A DNA stretch of 34,339 nt, taken from assembly GCA_034722055.1 (NCBI GenBank), contig JAYENL010000157.1, positions 1-34,339 on the forward strand, in the 5' to 3' direction. Shown one piece after another: positions 1 to 8,305 of this stretch (its first letter is position 1; each line of letters begins with the position of its first letter). The position numbers were made by a program, and so were the translations under genes. The DNA is from Armatimonadota bacterium (lineage in GTDB: Bacteria; Armatimonadota; Zipacnadia; Zipacnadales; UBA5352). A model generated the notes under the pieces. The model worked only from the letters and a program-made list of their open reading frames with translations. It was not told the DNA's origin and did not search any database.

Positions 1-123
1 GTCAGGTGGCGCGTCGAGCCGCAGCAGTTTGACCCCGAGATCACCGGCGCCGAGATCGGCTTCGGCGGGGCCGACTCGCAGATCTGGATCACCGATCCGA
101 AGTTCTATCCGGTCGAGGAGTGA
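1..123 (+). CDS. 3' end of a gene entering from the left (unknown protein)
   Basis: Frame 1 is open from base 1 (VRWRVEPQQFDPEITGAEIGFGGADSQIWITDPKFYPVEE*) with mostly G/C third positions. TGA at 121-123 converges on the stop at 133. Confidence 0.7.
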   Translation, partial: VRWRVEPQQFDPEITGAEIGFGGADSQIWITDPKFYPVEE

Positions 124-132
124 GGCGCCCCG

Positions 133-1302
133 TCATCGCAGCTCCCGCCAGGCGTCGATCATCACCTGGACCCGGCGCATGGTGTCCTCGGACTCGTCGC
201 GGATGTTATCGACGGGAGAGAGGATGCTGCCGAGCTCGCCGAGCTCGTCCAGGGCGCGGGCCATGGCGGCGCGTATCTCGTCGTCGGTGCCCATCTCAAC
301 GGTCACGAAGCCGTTGACGCCGCCCCACAGCGCCATGCGCTCGCCCACAGCCTCTCGCATGGCCGCCATGTCGGTGTTCATCCCCTCTACCGGATCCACG
401 CCGATCAGCACGTCCACGCCCGCGTGAAGCAGGTGATCCAGGATGCCCATCGTCCCGGAGGTATTGATGTAGCCAAACAGCGCGCCGTGCTCGTGGGCGA
501 TCTCGACCTCGCGCCTCAGCCATGGCAGCACGAAGCGCTCGTACATCGGCGGCGACCAGAAGTCGGTGCCCTCGTACCAGCCACGCCGGATGAACAGGTC
601 CACGCCCACGGCCAGCACCTCGCGCATGCGCGCCGCGTTCCACTCGTGGATGATCTCGGCCAGCTCCTCCACCATCGCTGGCCGGTCCACGGCGTGGAAG
701 ATCAGCTCCTCCTGCCCGCACAGCCACGCCCCGGCCTCGATCCCCACGCCCATTCCGCCGGTGAGCAGCAGATCGAGCTCCTTCGCTAACGCCCTGGCGT
801 CGGCGGCGTGGTTGCGGAAGCGCTGGACCTCCCGGGGACGTGGCGGGGCCAGAACGTGCCGCAGCGCCGGCAGGTCATCGGGGGACTCGATGGGGAAGCT
901 GCGCGCCCGCGGGATCAGGTAGTCGTCCATGAGCGGGACGTGCCCCGGGTACGGCCAGTCCTCGGTCTCCAGCACCTCGGCCGTGAGCGTCCCCGCCGGC
1001 GTGAGGTACTGCTTGTGCAGCACGTCCGGCCCGTCAGCGACCTCCTCCCGCCACTGCCGCACCTCCACGTCATCGGGGTAGCGCAGGTCGATGCCCGGCA
1101 GGTCGCGGTGCTCGGGGTTGCGGGCCGAGGCCCAGGAGGCGGTGGCGACGACGGGGTCGAGGCCCATCTCGACCTGCCAGCCCACGAACTCCTCGTCGCT
1201 GTGGCACCGGTCGCGCAGCGCCGCGAAGATCATGAAGCTGCACGGGACGTAGTCCACCTCGCGGCACTCCAGCGCCGCCAGCATCCGCTCCCGACTGGTC
1301 AT
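133..1302 (-). CDS. Uroporphyrinogen decarboxylase-like (URO-D/MtaA/CmuA superfamily) TIM-barrel protein
   Basis: Typical N-terminus MTSRERMLAAL..D.VP, central 'WSPPMYERFVLPWLRR', C-terminal 'ALWGGV..GT.DEIR'. ATG at 1302 has AGGAG upstream. Lacks the HemE RQAGR motif. Confidence 0.85.
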   Translation of the reverse strand: MTSRERMLAALECREVDYVPCSFMIFAALRDRCHSDEEFVGWQVEMGLDPVVATASWASARNPEHRDLPGIDLRYPDDVEVRQWREEVADGPDVLHKQYLTPAGTLTAEVLETEDWPYPGHVPLMDDYLIPRARSFPIESPDDLPALRHVLAPPRPREVQRFRNHAADARALAKELDLLLTGGMGVGIEAGAWLCGQEELIFHAVDRPAMVEELAEIIHEWNAARMREVLAVGVDLFIRRGWYEGTDFWSPPMYERFVLPWLRREVEIAHEHGALFGYINTSGTMGILDHLLHAGVDVLIGVDPVEGMNTDMAAMREAVGERMALWGGVNGFVTVEMGTDDEIRAAMARALDELGELGSILSPVDNIRDESEDTMRRVQVMIDAWRELR

Positions 1303-1324
1303 CCCCGATACTCCTCTCGGCCGG

Positions 1325-2434
1325 CTACCAGGCTCGCGAGTCCTCGACTGCCACCCACTGCCCGCCCTCGGCGATGGACTGCTGGCTGGCAAGGCCCGGC
1401 AGCGTCATGTCCATGGCCTGGTGGATACCGATCGGTGGCCCCGATCCGGTTGCGATGGCCTCCACGAAGTCGTGGATCTCCCAGTAGTCGCCGCCGCCGT
1501 GGCCCGCCTGCAGCGCCTCCTCGGGCGGGTTGAGCCACTCCTCGGGCAGGACCTCCTCGGCCAGATTCTCCAGTGGCTCCCAGGCCATCTCGTCGGCGGA
1601 GCGCGAGCGCAGCCAGATCTTGGGCTGATCGCCGAGACCGCGCGCCGCCTCATAGCAGCCGTCCGTGCCCTGTAGGGAGTAGTAGGTCAGATTGTGCGGG
1701 CGGTCCGAGAGCATGTCCAGGCGAAGCTGGATGAGCCCGCCGCCGGCGAGGCGGCAGAGCGTGGTGACGGTGTCCTCCTGCTCGTAGCGGTCGCCGCGCG
1801 GATCGCGATAGTTGTGGCCGCTGCCGGCGCACATCACCGACACCACGCGGTCCTGCATCCACTGCAGGCACGGACCGAGGGAGTGCGTGGGGTAGGTGTT
1901 GCCGTTGATGCCCGTCTGCCACCGCCGCCGCCAGGTGGTGATCTCGTTGAGCTCCTTGAGCTCGTGGATGTACTCGCCCTCCGCGAAGTACATCTCCCCG
2001 AACCACCCGCGCCGGGCGATCTCCCGCACGATGACGTTTGGCCGCATGTAGGTGTAGTTCTCGGCCATCATGTAGATCGCTTCAGTGCGGTTGGCCGCGC
2101 GCACCAGCTCCCGGCACTGCTCGTGGGAGACCCCGGCAGGCACCTCGGAGAGCACGTGGATATCCCGCTCGAGGGCCATCACCGACTGCGGGACGTGAAG
2201 CGGCATGGGCGTGGCGACGATGACCGCCTCCACCTCCCCGCTGTCGATCAGCTCCTCATCGCTGGTGAAGGCCAGCGAGAGCCCCAGCTCCTCGGCTGCC
2301 TGCCTCAGCTTCTCCTCCTGGATGTCGCACAGCGCCACCAGCTCGGCCCGCGGATGGGCCTCCAGCGCCCGCACGAAGCTGGAGCCGCGCCGCACCGCGC
2401 CGATGATGCCGAAACGGATCGCCTCGTCGGTCAT
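1325..2434 (-). CDS. Gfo/Idh/MocA family NAD-dependent oxidoreductase, GH109-like
   Basis: Rossmann start 'IRFGIIGA', 'VATP..LH', 'HVLSEVP', 'MAENY', plus GH109-like 'YPTHSLGP' and 'AGHGGGD'. GAGGTG RBS. Confidence 0.9.
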   Translation of the reverse strand: MTDEAIRFGIIGAVRRGSSFVRALEAHPRAELVALCDIQEEKLRQAAEELGLSLAFTSDEELIDSGEVEAVIVATPMPLHVPQSVMALERDIHVLSEVPAGVSHEQCRELVRAANRTEAIYMMAENYTYMRPNVIVREIARRGWFGEMYFAEGEYIHELKELNEITTWRRRWQTGINGNTYPTHSLGPCLQWMQDRVVSVMCAGSGHNYRDPRGDRYEQEDTVTTLCRLAGGGLIQLRLDMLSDRPHNLTYYSLQGTDGCYEAARGLGDQPKIWLRSRSADEMAWEPLENLAEEVLPEEWLNPPEEALQAGHGGGDYWEIHDFVEAIATGSGPPIGIHQAMDMTLPGLASQQSIAEGGQWVAVEDSRAW

Positions 2435-2443
2435 GATTTCACC

Positions 2444-3841
2444 TCATACCGAATGGAAGCCGATGTCCATGAGCGTCGCCATGCGCCTCACCAGCCCGGT
2501 CTCGTCGCCCGGGGACAGGGCCAGGTGGTGTGTGCCGCCGAGCTCGCTGTAGCGCTGCAGGAAGTCAGGCAGGTCATGGTCCAGCGGGCGGATCCAGAAG
2601 TGAGGGGCCTCGGGGAAGCCCGCGGTGGGGCTACGGTCCAGGACCTCCACCCGGGCGGCGATGAGATCGAAGCTGTCGTCAGGTCCGGGTGCGAGATTCA
2701 CCAGCGTGGCCTCGCCCGGCTGCACCTTGGGGATGGCGATGGCCGGGTTGGCGACGTCGCTGAACTCGTACTGCTTCTCGACCACCTTCGCAGGCCCGAC
2801 AGCCACGCCCAGGCCGCACTCGCCCATGTGACTCATGAAGACGCTTCCGCCGGCCCAGTCAGGGCAGAACATCTCCGTGAAGGTCACCCGGCAGCCGGCC
2901 TGGGCCAGGCCCCCCACCAGCGCCGCCGTCAGGGCATCCGCCTCACCGGCGTAGCCATGCCCCCGGGCCATGGCCTTGGACGCCTCCAGGAAGGGCACGG
3001 TCTCGATCCCGCACTCGGCCGTGAAGGAGGCGAAGTTGAAGGTCATCGCCCCCGCCTTCTCCTTTTCCATGATGCGGCGCACGGCCAGACCCACGCGGTT
3101 CGTCCGGTCGAGCACCTCCGGCTCGATCCCCGAGCAGTCGAAGTCGGTGCTGTCGCGGTCGGCCTCCTGTGCAAGCTGCTGGTCGGCAATCTGCCGGGCG
3201 ACCTGCGCCACCTCGCTGACCGGGACCCGCTGGGTCTGGATCCCCAGCTCCGCGGCCATCAGCTCCGGACTGACCGCGAAGTCGCCCATGCCCTCGAAGT
3301 CCTCACCGATGACCAGCACCCGCATGGTGCCGATAGCGTGAGCCGCTCGCGCCGCGCGAGTGCACAGCCTTACCTCGTCAGCGAAGGCCTCGTCATCAAG
3401 GTGCCCCACGGCCAGCAGGTAGGGCCGTCCGCGCCGGCGCAGCATGCACGCCAGGTCCTGGACGCCGTGGATGCCGTGGTTGCGGAACATGTCCGCCTGG
3501 GTGGCGTCCTCACCGAACTCCGGCGCGGGCGTCGTGTCGAGCAGGACCAGCGGGACATCGGCCCGCACCAGCGCATCGATCGCCTCAAGCGATGGCGAGT
3601 AGGCCAGGTGCACCGTCGCCAGGCACTCTATCTCCTCGTCCAGCAGCGCGCTCACAGACTCCTCGACCTCCGTCCGGATCCGGCTGATGGGCGCGCTGTG
3701 CACCTGCAGGCCGATCTCCTGAAGTCGAGAGGCCACGCGCTCGGCGAACTGCTCCATCTCCGGCCGGGCCTCCGGCCGCACCTCGTCATACAGGGCCAGA
3801 TACAGCGGCAGAAGCCCAACTTTTGTCGCCCGGATGTCCAT
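2444..3841 (-). CDS. L-arabinose/L-fucose isomerase family protein (AraA-like aldose-ketose isomerase)
   Basis: Motifs 'HGVQD', 'GYAGEAD', 'TFTEM', 'SHMGE' and 'GGTHH' correspond to the Glu/Glu/His/His metal and catalytic residues of AraA. Start MDIRATK at 3841 with GGAGG upstream. Confidence 0.85.
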   Translation of the reverse strand: MDIRATKVGLLPLYLALYDEVRPEARPEMEQFAERVASRLQEIGLQVHSAPISRIRTEVEESVSALLDEEIECLATVHLAYSPSLEAIDALVRADVPLVLLDTTPAPEFGEDATQADMFRNHGIHGVQDLACMLRRRGRPYLLAVGHLDDEAFADEVRLCTRAARAAHAIGTMRVLVIGEDFEGMGDFAVSPELMAAELGIQTQRVPVSEVAQVARQIADQQLAQEADRDSTDFDCSGIEPEVLDRTNRVGLAVRRIMEKEKAGAMTFNFASFTAECGIETVPFLEASKAMARGHGYAGEADALTAALVGGLAQAGCRVTFTEMFCPDWAGGSVFMSHMGECGLGVAVGPAKVVEKQYEFSDVANPAIAIPKVQPGEATLVNLAPGPDDSFDLIAARVEVLDRSPTAGFPEAPHFWIRPLDHDLPDFLQRYSELGGTHHLALSPGDETGLVRRMATLMDIGFHSV

Positions 3842-3861
3842 GGCAGCGTCCTCCCTGCGGA

Positions 3862-5364
3862 TCAGTCCGAGATGCCCTCGCCCAGCGCCCCCGGATAGAG
3901 CCTGTGCATTGCGTCGCGGTACTGCTGCCACGCCTCGTCGTAGGCGATGGCGTGCTCGTGGCGGGGCTCGAAGCGCCTCTGGGGGCGGTAGAAGCGACGG
4001 CCGGCCTCCTGGATCGACGGCAGCAGCCCCGCGGCCACGCCACCGAAGATGGCGCCCCCCAGGACGGCCGCGTCGGCGCAGGCCGGGACCGCCAGCGGCA
4101 GGTCCACGACGTCCGCCATCATCTGCATCCACCACCCCGACTGCGCGGCGCCGCCCAGCATGCGCAGCTCCTCCACCTGCTGGCCGGCCCGCTCCGTCAG
4201 CGCTACGGCGTCGCGGGCGCAGAAGCACACCGCCTCCAGCACCGCGCGGATCATGTGCGGGCGTCCGTGGGCGAGGGTCAGCCCTACAAAGCCGCCGCGG
4301 ACGTCGCTGCGGAAGGTAGGCGTGGCGGTGCCCGAGAAATGCGGCAGGCATACCAGGCCGTCGCACCCGATGGGGGCGTCCGCGGCCTCGGCCAACAGGC
4401 CCTCATAGTCGCCGCCGATGAGGTCCCGCAGCCAGGTCAGCAGCACCCCGGAGGTCTTAGCGTAGTTGAGGATGTAGAGCAGGCCCGGCACGGGGTGCTT
4501 CCCCCAGATGATGCCGTCGCCCAGCTCGTCGGCCAGCTCCGCGGCGGTGGCCACGATCGCCATGGCGGTGCCGGCGGTCCCGGAGGCCAGGCCGGGCTCC
4601 ACGTTGCCCACGCCCACCGCGCCGTCGAGCTGATCGTTGGCGCCCAGCGCCACCGGCGTTCCGGCGTCCAGGCCCAGCTCCGCCGCGGCGTCGGCGGCGA
4701 GGTTGCCGAGCAGCTCGCCGGGCCGGCCCAGTGGGCTGAGCCACTCCCGCGGCACGCCCACCGCATCCAGCGCCTCCTGCCACCAGTCATCGATGGTGCG
4801 GTCCACCATGGCGGTGCTGCCGGCGTTGCTGAGGTCCAGCCGCCGCTCCCCGGTCAGCAGCAGGCCCAGGTAGTCGGGAAGCATCATCAGGTAGCGCGTC
4901 CGCTCCCAGACCCCGGGCTCGTGCTCGCGCAGCCACAGGATCTTGGGGGCGGAGTCGATGGCGTTGATGGCCGAGGCGCCGCGGCGCCGCCGCAGCTCCT
5001 CCGCGTCGAGCGCCTCGTTGAGCCTCCGCGCCTCATCCTCCGCCCGCGTGTCCAGCCACACGATGGCGGGCCGCAGCGGTCGCGCTTCGCCGTCCAGGGG
5101 CAGGAAGGTCTGACCCTGGCTGGACAGCCCAATGCCCAGCACGCGCGGGCGGTCCGCCGCGGCCATCGCCGCCCGGGTCGCCTCCACCGTCGCGCGCCAG
5201 TACTCCTCCGCCTCCAGCTCCACCCAGCCCGCGCGCGGCGAGTGCGGGGAGTACTCCGAGCGGGCCACCCCCAGCGGCTCGCCGCTGTCGGCGTCGAAGA
5301 TGCCGACCTTCACGGCGGTGGTCCCCAGGTCCAGCCCCATCAGCGCGCCTGCGCGCCGGGCCAT
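3862..5364 (-). CDS. FGGY-family carbohydrate kinase (xylulokinase-like)
   Basis: 'GLDLGTTAVK', 'PAIVWLDTR', 'PKILWLREHEP', 'GANDQ', 'LGGAAQS..WMQMMADV'. ATG overlaps the upstream TGA (TGATG). Confidence 0.93.
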   Translation of the reverse strand: MARRAGALMGLDLGTTAVKVGIFDADSGEPLGVARSEYSPHSPRAGWVELEAEEYWRATVEATRAAMAAADRPRVLGIGLSSQGQTFLPLDGEARPLRPAIVWLDTRAEDEARRLNEALDAEELRRRRGASAINAIDSAPKILWLREHEPGVWERTRYLMMLPDYLGLLLTGERRLDLSNAGSTAMVDRTIDDWWQEALDAVGVPREWLSPLGRPGELLGNLAADAAAELGLDAGTPVALGANDQLDGAVGVGNVEPGLASGTAGTAMAIVATAAELADELGDGIIWGKHPVPGLLYILNYAKTSGVLLTWLRDLIGGDYEGLLAEAADAPIGCDGLVCLPHFSGTATPTFRSDVRGGFVGLTLAHGRPHMIRAVLEAVCFCARDAVALTERAGQQVEELRMLGGAAQSGWWMQMMADVVDLPLAVPACADAAVLGGAIFGGVAAGLLPSIQEAGRRFYRPQRRFEPRHEHAIAYDEAWQQYRDAMHRLYPGALGEGISD

Positions 5365-6407
5365 CACCAGCTCTCCTTGCGCCCGAGGACCTCATCGACC
5401 AGCCGGCGCGCGTTGTCGTGGAAGATGGCCTCGATCTCGGCCTCGCCGAAGCCCAGGCCCATGAGGGTGTCCAGGCAGGCGGCGATGGCCTCATACAGCG
5501 AGAGGGTGTAGGTGGCCTCCACCTCCGGCGGCTCGCGGTCGGTGTTCCAGGAGTAGTCGCCGCTGGTGAGGTTGATGTAGCGGTCGCCCTCCCACCGCCG
5601 GCGCCCGCGCATGTAGAAGACCGGCTGGTCGGAGCCCCACAGGATGCGCTCGGGGCCGAAGCGGTCCAGCGCCAGGGCGTGCACGGCCGGGTTAAGCACC
5701 GCGGAGTTGTCGAAGAGGATCGCCGGGTCATCGGCCAGCGGCGGGAAGCCCTCGCGCGCGTAGCGCCCGGCGTAGGACCGTCCGAGGTGCGCGATGACCA
5801 GGACCACGTTCGGGTAGCGCCGCCGGATCTGCAGGATCTCGTCGATGTTGCCGCGATCTGCCAGCCGCTGCGCTCGGGGCAGGTGCAGCGTGACCCACGC
5901 CTGCAGCTCGTCGAGCAGCTCGAGGTGCTGGTGGGGCAGGAACTCGAAGATGCTCACGTCGCCGCCCTCGAAGCCCTCAAGCAGCCGCTCATAGGGCTTA
6001 ATGCCGATGATGGCGGGGCGGCGGAGCTCCTCAAGCAGCCGGCCGGCGCTCCACTCCGGCCGGCTCAGCGCCAGGCCGGCCGAGCCCGTCCCTGCCAGCT
6101 CTGCGGAGACGTACTCGTTGTTGGCGACAGCCTCGCAATTTGTCGCGGGCGAGCCGAAGCCCAGGAAGTGCACCTCCCGGCCCGGGAACATCATCTCATA
6201 GCCCCGCCGCGCCTGCTCCACGGCCTCAGGTCCGGCGATCTCCTCGGGGAAGGCCTCGCGCTTGAAGCGCTCCCGGCTCTCGTCGAGGTGCTCGGGAAGC
6301 TGCACGTGGCGGTGGGCGTCGAAGATGCGCTCGGGCAGCAGGGGATCGATGCGCTCCGCGAAGAAGCGCCGATCCACGTCCGTGTACTCGAAGTATGGAT
6401 GGGTCAT
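5364..6407 (-). CDS. Amidohydrolase family protein (Amidohydro_2-type metallo TIM barrel)
   Basis: 'IFDAHRH' (HxH), 'GIKPY', 'TLHLP', 'VIAHLG', 'RILWGSDQP', 'IFHDNARRL'. Start MTHPYFEY at 6407; the longer ORF extension runs through intergenic hairpins. Confidence 0.88.
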   Translation of the reverse strand: MTHPYFEYTDVDRRFFAERIDPLLPERIFDAHRHVQLPEHLDESRERFKREAFPEEIAGPEAVEQARRGYEMMFPGREVHFLGFGSPATNCEAVANNEYVSAELAGTGSAGLALSRPEWSAGRLLEELRRPAIIGIKPYERLLEGFEGGDVSIFEFLPHQHLELLDELQAWVTLHLPRAQRLADRGNIDEILQIRRRYPNVVLVIAHLGRSYAGRYAREGFPPLADDPAILFDNSAVLNPAVHALALDRFGPERILWGSDQPVFYMRGRRRWEGDRYINLTSGDYSWNTDREPPEVEATYTLSLYEAIAACLDTLMGLGFGEAEIEAIFHDNARRLVDEVLGRKESW

Positions 6408-6491
6408 GGCGTTCCCTTCGGCGGCGGTGTGCCCGTAGCGGGAAAGAGCCCACCAGATCGGCCCGCCATGGTCGGTGCATTGCGGGTTGCG

Positions 6492-6644
6492 TTCCGGATC
6501 GGAAACGTCCGTGTTGGGCCGGCCTCGCGCCTTCGGCGCTCGTGCGGCCCCTCCGCTGGCATGTCCCGGCCGCGTACCCGCCGTTCCCTCCCCGCTTCCG
6601 AGCGAAGCTCGGCAGGGAGCGGGAAAGCCCGAGCCCGCTCGGGC
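6492..6644. repeat. Cluster of REP-like GC-rich hairpins
   Basis: TTCCG-GAT-CGGAA (6492-6504); minus-strand GGAG-GGGCCG...CGAGCGCC-GAA-GGCGCGAG...CGGCCC (6516-6554); CCGAGC-GAA-GCTCGG (6598-6612); GCCCGAGC-CC-GCTCGGGC (6627-6644). Confidence 0.6.
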
Positions 6645-6661
6645 AGGGCCATTCTTCTCCG

Positions 6662-8044
6662 TCAAATGTCCCGCAGCAGCTCCCGCATGGCGTTGGCGGT
6701 GAACTCGACCGTGTCCTCCTCCAGCGGCAGCGCGAACTTGGTCAGCAGCGTGCTGTGCCCCTCATGATAGACGTGGGCGCGCATCCACAGGCCCCGGTCG
6801 AGTGCCGCGCGGTGGAACCCGAGGCAGTCCTCGCGGTCCCGGAACTTCAGCCCCGACATGTGTCCCACGCCCCGGGCCTCGACCAGCGTCTCCGGGAACT
6901 GTTGGGCGAGCTCCGCCAGCGCCTGGTGCCAGGCCGCGCCGGCGCGCTCAATGCGCTCGGCCTGCTGCTCGATGAGCTCGATGCAGCCCAGGGCCATGTA
7001 GGCGGCCAGCGCGGCGTTCCCGTTGGTGCTGATGGCGTCGTACTGCTCCAGCACGTCCAGCCGACCGCGGTAGACCAGCGCCGACAGGGGATGAAAGCCT
7101 GCGGTCATGCCCTTGCCCAGCACGATGAAGTCCGGCTCCAGGCCGATGCGAACGCAGTAGATGACCTCCGGGACCCAGAAGCCGGTCTGGATCTCATCGA
7201 TGGCCATCAGCGCGCCGTGCTCGTCGCACAGCTCGCGGGCCAGGTGCAGATAGTCCGGCTCGATGACGATGGCCTCACGGTTCATCATCACCGGCTCCGC
7301 CCAGAACCCGGCGACGCGCTCGCCCCGGTCGGCGAAGACGGCCTCCAGCTCCGCGCCATCGTTCGGCTGCACGGCGACGATCTCGACGTTGTGGAAGTAC
7401 TCCGGCCACATCCCGCGCAGGCGCTGGGCGAACACATCCGTGCCGTGGTAGTTCCCGTCCAGCACCACGAACACCGGTGCCCCGGGGCCATCGTGGTGCA
7501 GGAGCATCATCTTCATGGCCGCCCCGCAGGCGACGGTGCCGGTGGCGGTGCCCGACAACACCGTGTTGAGGCTGTCCGGATCATCCTGCAGCTCGTCGGG
7601 ATCGCGGCCGGGGTTGGCAAGCTCCACCAGCTTCTCCGTCAGGCGCTTGGCCGGCGCCGGGGGGATGTTGCTGTGATTGTCCCAGACGATGCCGCGCTCG
7701 ATGCCGTCCAGCAGCAGCGCGATCAGCTCCGGATGATCGTAGCCCCAGGTCATCTGGTAGTGCCCGCCGGTGCAATCCAGGAACAGCCTCCGCTGCTCGG
7801 TGAGGTAGAACAGGCCTTCGCCGACCAGCAGGTCGTCGGGCCGGTCGGTGACCTCACGGCCGTAGGACTGCTGGAACCACCGCTTATCGGGGCACGGCGC
7901 CACGGGTACTTCATCGATGACCTCGCCCACGCGCCGCAGCAGCGCGTGCGGCGAGCTCTCCTTCAGATACCGCCGACCCACGTCCAGCATCTCTGCCAGG
8001 CACCCGGTGCGATCGTCCATCAGCTCGTTAAATCCCAGCGCCAT
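6662..8044 (-). CDS. Class-III PLP-dependent aminotransferase
   Basis: 'FLDCTGG', 'GYDHPEL', 'NYHG', 'AEPV', 'AIDEIQTGF', PLP lysine in 'PDFIVLGKGMTAG', 'EARGVGHMSGL'. Confidence 0.92.
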   Translation of the reverse strand: MALGFNELMDDRTGCLAEMLDVGRRYLKESSPHALLRRVGEVIDEVPVAPCPDKRWFQQSYGREVTDRPDDLLVGEGLFYLTEQRRLFLDCTGGHYQMTWGYDHPELIALLLDGIERGIVWDNHSNIPPAPAKRLTEKLVELANPGRDPDELQDDPDSLNTVLSGTATGTVACGAAMKMMLLHHDGPGAPVFVVLDGNYHGTDVFAQRLRGMWPEYFHNVEIVAVQPNDGAELEAVFADRGERVAGFWAEPVMMNREAIVIEPDYLHLARELCDEHGALMAIDEIQTGFWVPEVIYCVRIGLEPDFIVLGKGMTAGFHPLSALVYRGRLDVLEQYDAISTNGNAALAAYMALGCIELIEQQAERIERAGAAWHQALAELAQQFPETLVEARGVGHMSGLKFRDREDCLGFHRAALDRGLWMRAHVYHEGHSTLLTKFALPLEEDTVEFTANAMRELLRDI

Positions 8045-8305
8045 GGGGCATCAGCTCACCGCGCAGAAGAATGATCGCTTTCCTGTCGCGGTCACGTTTC
8101 GCCGAGGTGCTCACCGCGTCCTGCCTGCGCCAGCGCCCTGCCGGGATGATGGCGCCGTCCAACTCGGCCGGGACGGCCTTCCGCCTGCGCTCCACCCACA
8201 GGCCTCCCAGAGCCGCGGCAGGGAGCGGAACCTGTGCTGGAGGGCCTCGCGGCCCCGGTGCGGAACCTGCGCGCACGTGGGATGAAGACCGTGGAGGTGT
8301 CTGCG

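Noticed and set aside
89..136. Minus-strand ATG overlapping the URO-D-like stop (ATGA), suggesting the operon continues
   Set aside because: The frame closes after 15 codons; the region is instead the 3' end of a plus-strand gene.
1694..3898. 734-aa plus-strand ORF (likewise 3823-5511, 5418-6767, 6395-8074)
   Set aside because: Antisense shadows of well-supported minus-strand genes. Long stop-free reverse frames are expected at this GC content and carry no recognisable motifs.
133..5364. Assigning gene symbols hemE, araA or xylB
   Set aside because: Only family-level motifs are visible; HemE signatures are missing and substrate specificity cannot be read from the sequence.
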